The notes beneath the pieces are model-generated. The model was not told where the DNA came from, did not search any database, and worked only from the letters and a program-made list of their open reading frames with translations. The translations under genes were made by a program, and so were the position numbers. 64,000 bases of DNA from an uncultured Acidimicrobiaceae bacterium (GTDB lineage Bacteria > Actinomycetota > Acidimicrobiia > Acidimicrobiales > Bog-793): NCBI GenBank assembly GCA_963725215.1, contig CAVRXQ010000007.1:17294-81293 (forward strand), in the 5' to 3' direction. This document shows positions 63,601 through 64,000 of this stretch, piece by piece (position 1 is the stretch's first letter; every line of letters starts with the position of its first letter).

Positions 63601-64000
63601 GCGCAGACGGCTGGGTTGGGCATCGACGAAACGATCGCCGCCGCGGTCGAGGGACACCTCGAGATCGAAGGACCTGCGAGCGAAGCGCAACTTGCCTCCG
63701 CGCTGGGAGGAATCACCGAAGGATCCGTGGCGAGTGCCCTCGCCCACATCGAAGCGAGAGGGGCGGCGATGCGGCTTCCGGACGGACGCTGGTGGTCCCG
63801 ACGCCTCGTCGCGCGCGCCCACTCCCGCGCACGCGACCGTTCCCGTCGCGCAGTGAGCACCGTGAGCGCACGAGACCTCGTGCGCTTCCTGCTCGAGTGG
63901 CAGCACGTCTCGCCTGGCGCGCAGCTTTCCGGCGTCATCGGACTCGCCGAGGTGCTTGGCCAGCTGCAAGGAGTCGAGGCACCCGTCGGCGCGTGGGAAC
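60661..64000 (+). CDS. lhr: Lhr-type large ATP-dependent DEAD/DEAH helicase (3' end beyond the window)
   Basis: Absent from the ORF track because there is no stop in the window. My translation from GTG 60661 gives VTRTDALSSFHPALAEWFSRSFPEGPTPAQALGWP, then AAPTGSGKTLAAF and VIVDEIHAL. The frame is still coherent at 62281 (MTGDVFLLGSHSWRVRRVEQG) and 63961 (QLQGVEAPVGAWE). Confidence 0.9.
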   Translation, partial: MTRTDALSSFHPALAEWFSRSFPEGPTPAQALGWPTIARGENTLIAAPTGSGKTLAAFLVAIDRCLRREAGDHEARTSVVYVSPLRALTVDVAENLESPLEKIAALGDEIGEPLRPIRVAVRNGDTPQSVRQAMVREPPDIVVTTPESLYLLATSRRGRAMLSTVETVIVDEIHALARDKRGSHLALTLERLDRIVTSSGRPRPTRIGCSATQRPISAIARLLVGAGDDRSTPDGAARCAIIDVGHRRELDMAITLPTDELGAVMTTEQLDEIVSSLAEEIESHHTTLVFVNTRKMAERVAHLLRGVLGDDAVASHHGSLSMERRLSVETRLREGRLRAVVATASLELGIDVGPVDLVCQIGSPRAIATFLQRVGRADHRRNGVPKGRVYPMTRDELVECVALFCAVRSDVLDAVHPPVAPLDILAQQIVAEVAASGDEGTGEKELESLVRHAAPYEGLGADDFEAVVVLVSEGVRTGRGVRGAYVHRDRVNHVLKGRRGAGLAAVTSGGAIPELADYRVVTDPDESLVGSVHEDFAVEAMTGDVFLLGSHSWRVRRVEQGVVRVTDAQGAAPTIPFWLGEAPARTDELSTALSDLRQLVEDAITEGGATLASARVEEHSGVERRVASECVAYLAAALAQLGTLPTKKNLVVERFFDDTGGAQLVVHSPYGARINRGLGLALRKRFCRTFDFELQAAASDDAVVLSLGPQHSFALESVLRFVTAEDVREALVQAVLPTPIFTSRWRWNLGRSLVSPRFRGARHLPPAIQRMEADDLMAAIFPMLAACQENVTGPIEVPDHLIVRQTIDDCMTEAMDLEGLITLLEHLRDQSVTGVTLDTTEPSILTHEILNGRPYTFLDDAPLEERRTRAVALSRGVPLEARDLSMIDESVIDEVRTEIVADPRDAEELHDLIEAVVILAPNDEWRASFEKLRSKGRAAEVIRIRDATDRYWCATERKREAELLLGPSRFQPDVVLPDAIAQTAGLGIDETIAAAVEGHLEIEGPASEAQLASALGGITEGSVASALAHIEARGAAMRLPDGRWWSRRLVARAHSRARDRSRRAVSTVSARDLVRFLLEWQHVSPGAQLSGVIGLAEVLGQLQGVEAPVGAWE

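Overview
This is a high-GC, gene-dense chromosomal segment of actinobacterial character: it carries WhiB, GlnR, a MarP-like protease, an ArsA-like ATPase pair and ffs-dnaX-ybaB-recR. All identifications rest on motif recognition from the supplied translations and my own hand translations; no searches were run. I support about 65 protein genes, 3 tRNAs, an SRP RNA and one intact IS481-family element with target-site duplications. Most of the window is conserved housekeeping: holB-tmk-topA, a sigma-70 factor, nadE, glnA-glnR, Fe-S carriers, proS, asd-lysC, two cyclophilins, pyrE, lon, tadA, the acyl-CoA carboxylase beta and epsilon subunits, and lhr. I found no CRISPR array, prophage, defence island or secondary-metabolite cluster. 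The most interesting observations are listed here. (1) A translationally coupled Phe/Tyr catabolic operon has its aminotransferase fused to a DinB-fold domain, which is a candidate for the missing maleylacetoacetate isomerase. (2) A SoxR regulator is paired with an apparently leaderless operon encoding an SDR and a divergent QueA-like enzyme, next to a TetR/MFS pair. (3) Identical 21-nt palindromic repeats exactly bracket the SRP RNA. (4) Three core genes show reading-frame irregularities: the topA tail, a 1-nt frameshift in glnA, and ridA lacking a canonical start. (5) An IS481-family element sits in an ACTAGT site that contains a stop codon. (6) An orphan OmpR-type regulator has Glu in place of the phospho-acceptor Asp. 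Many long ORFs in the track are antisense or out-of-frame artefacts of high GC and are not reported.
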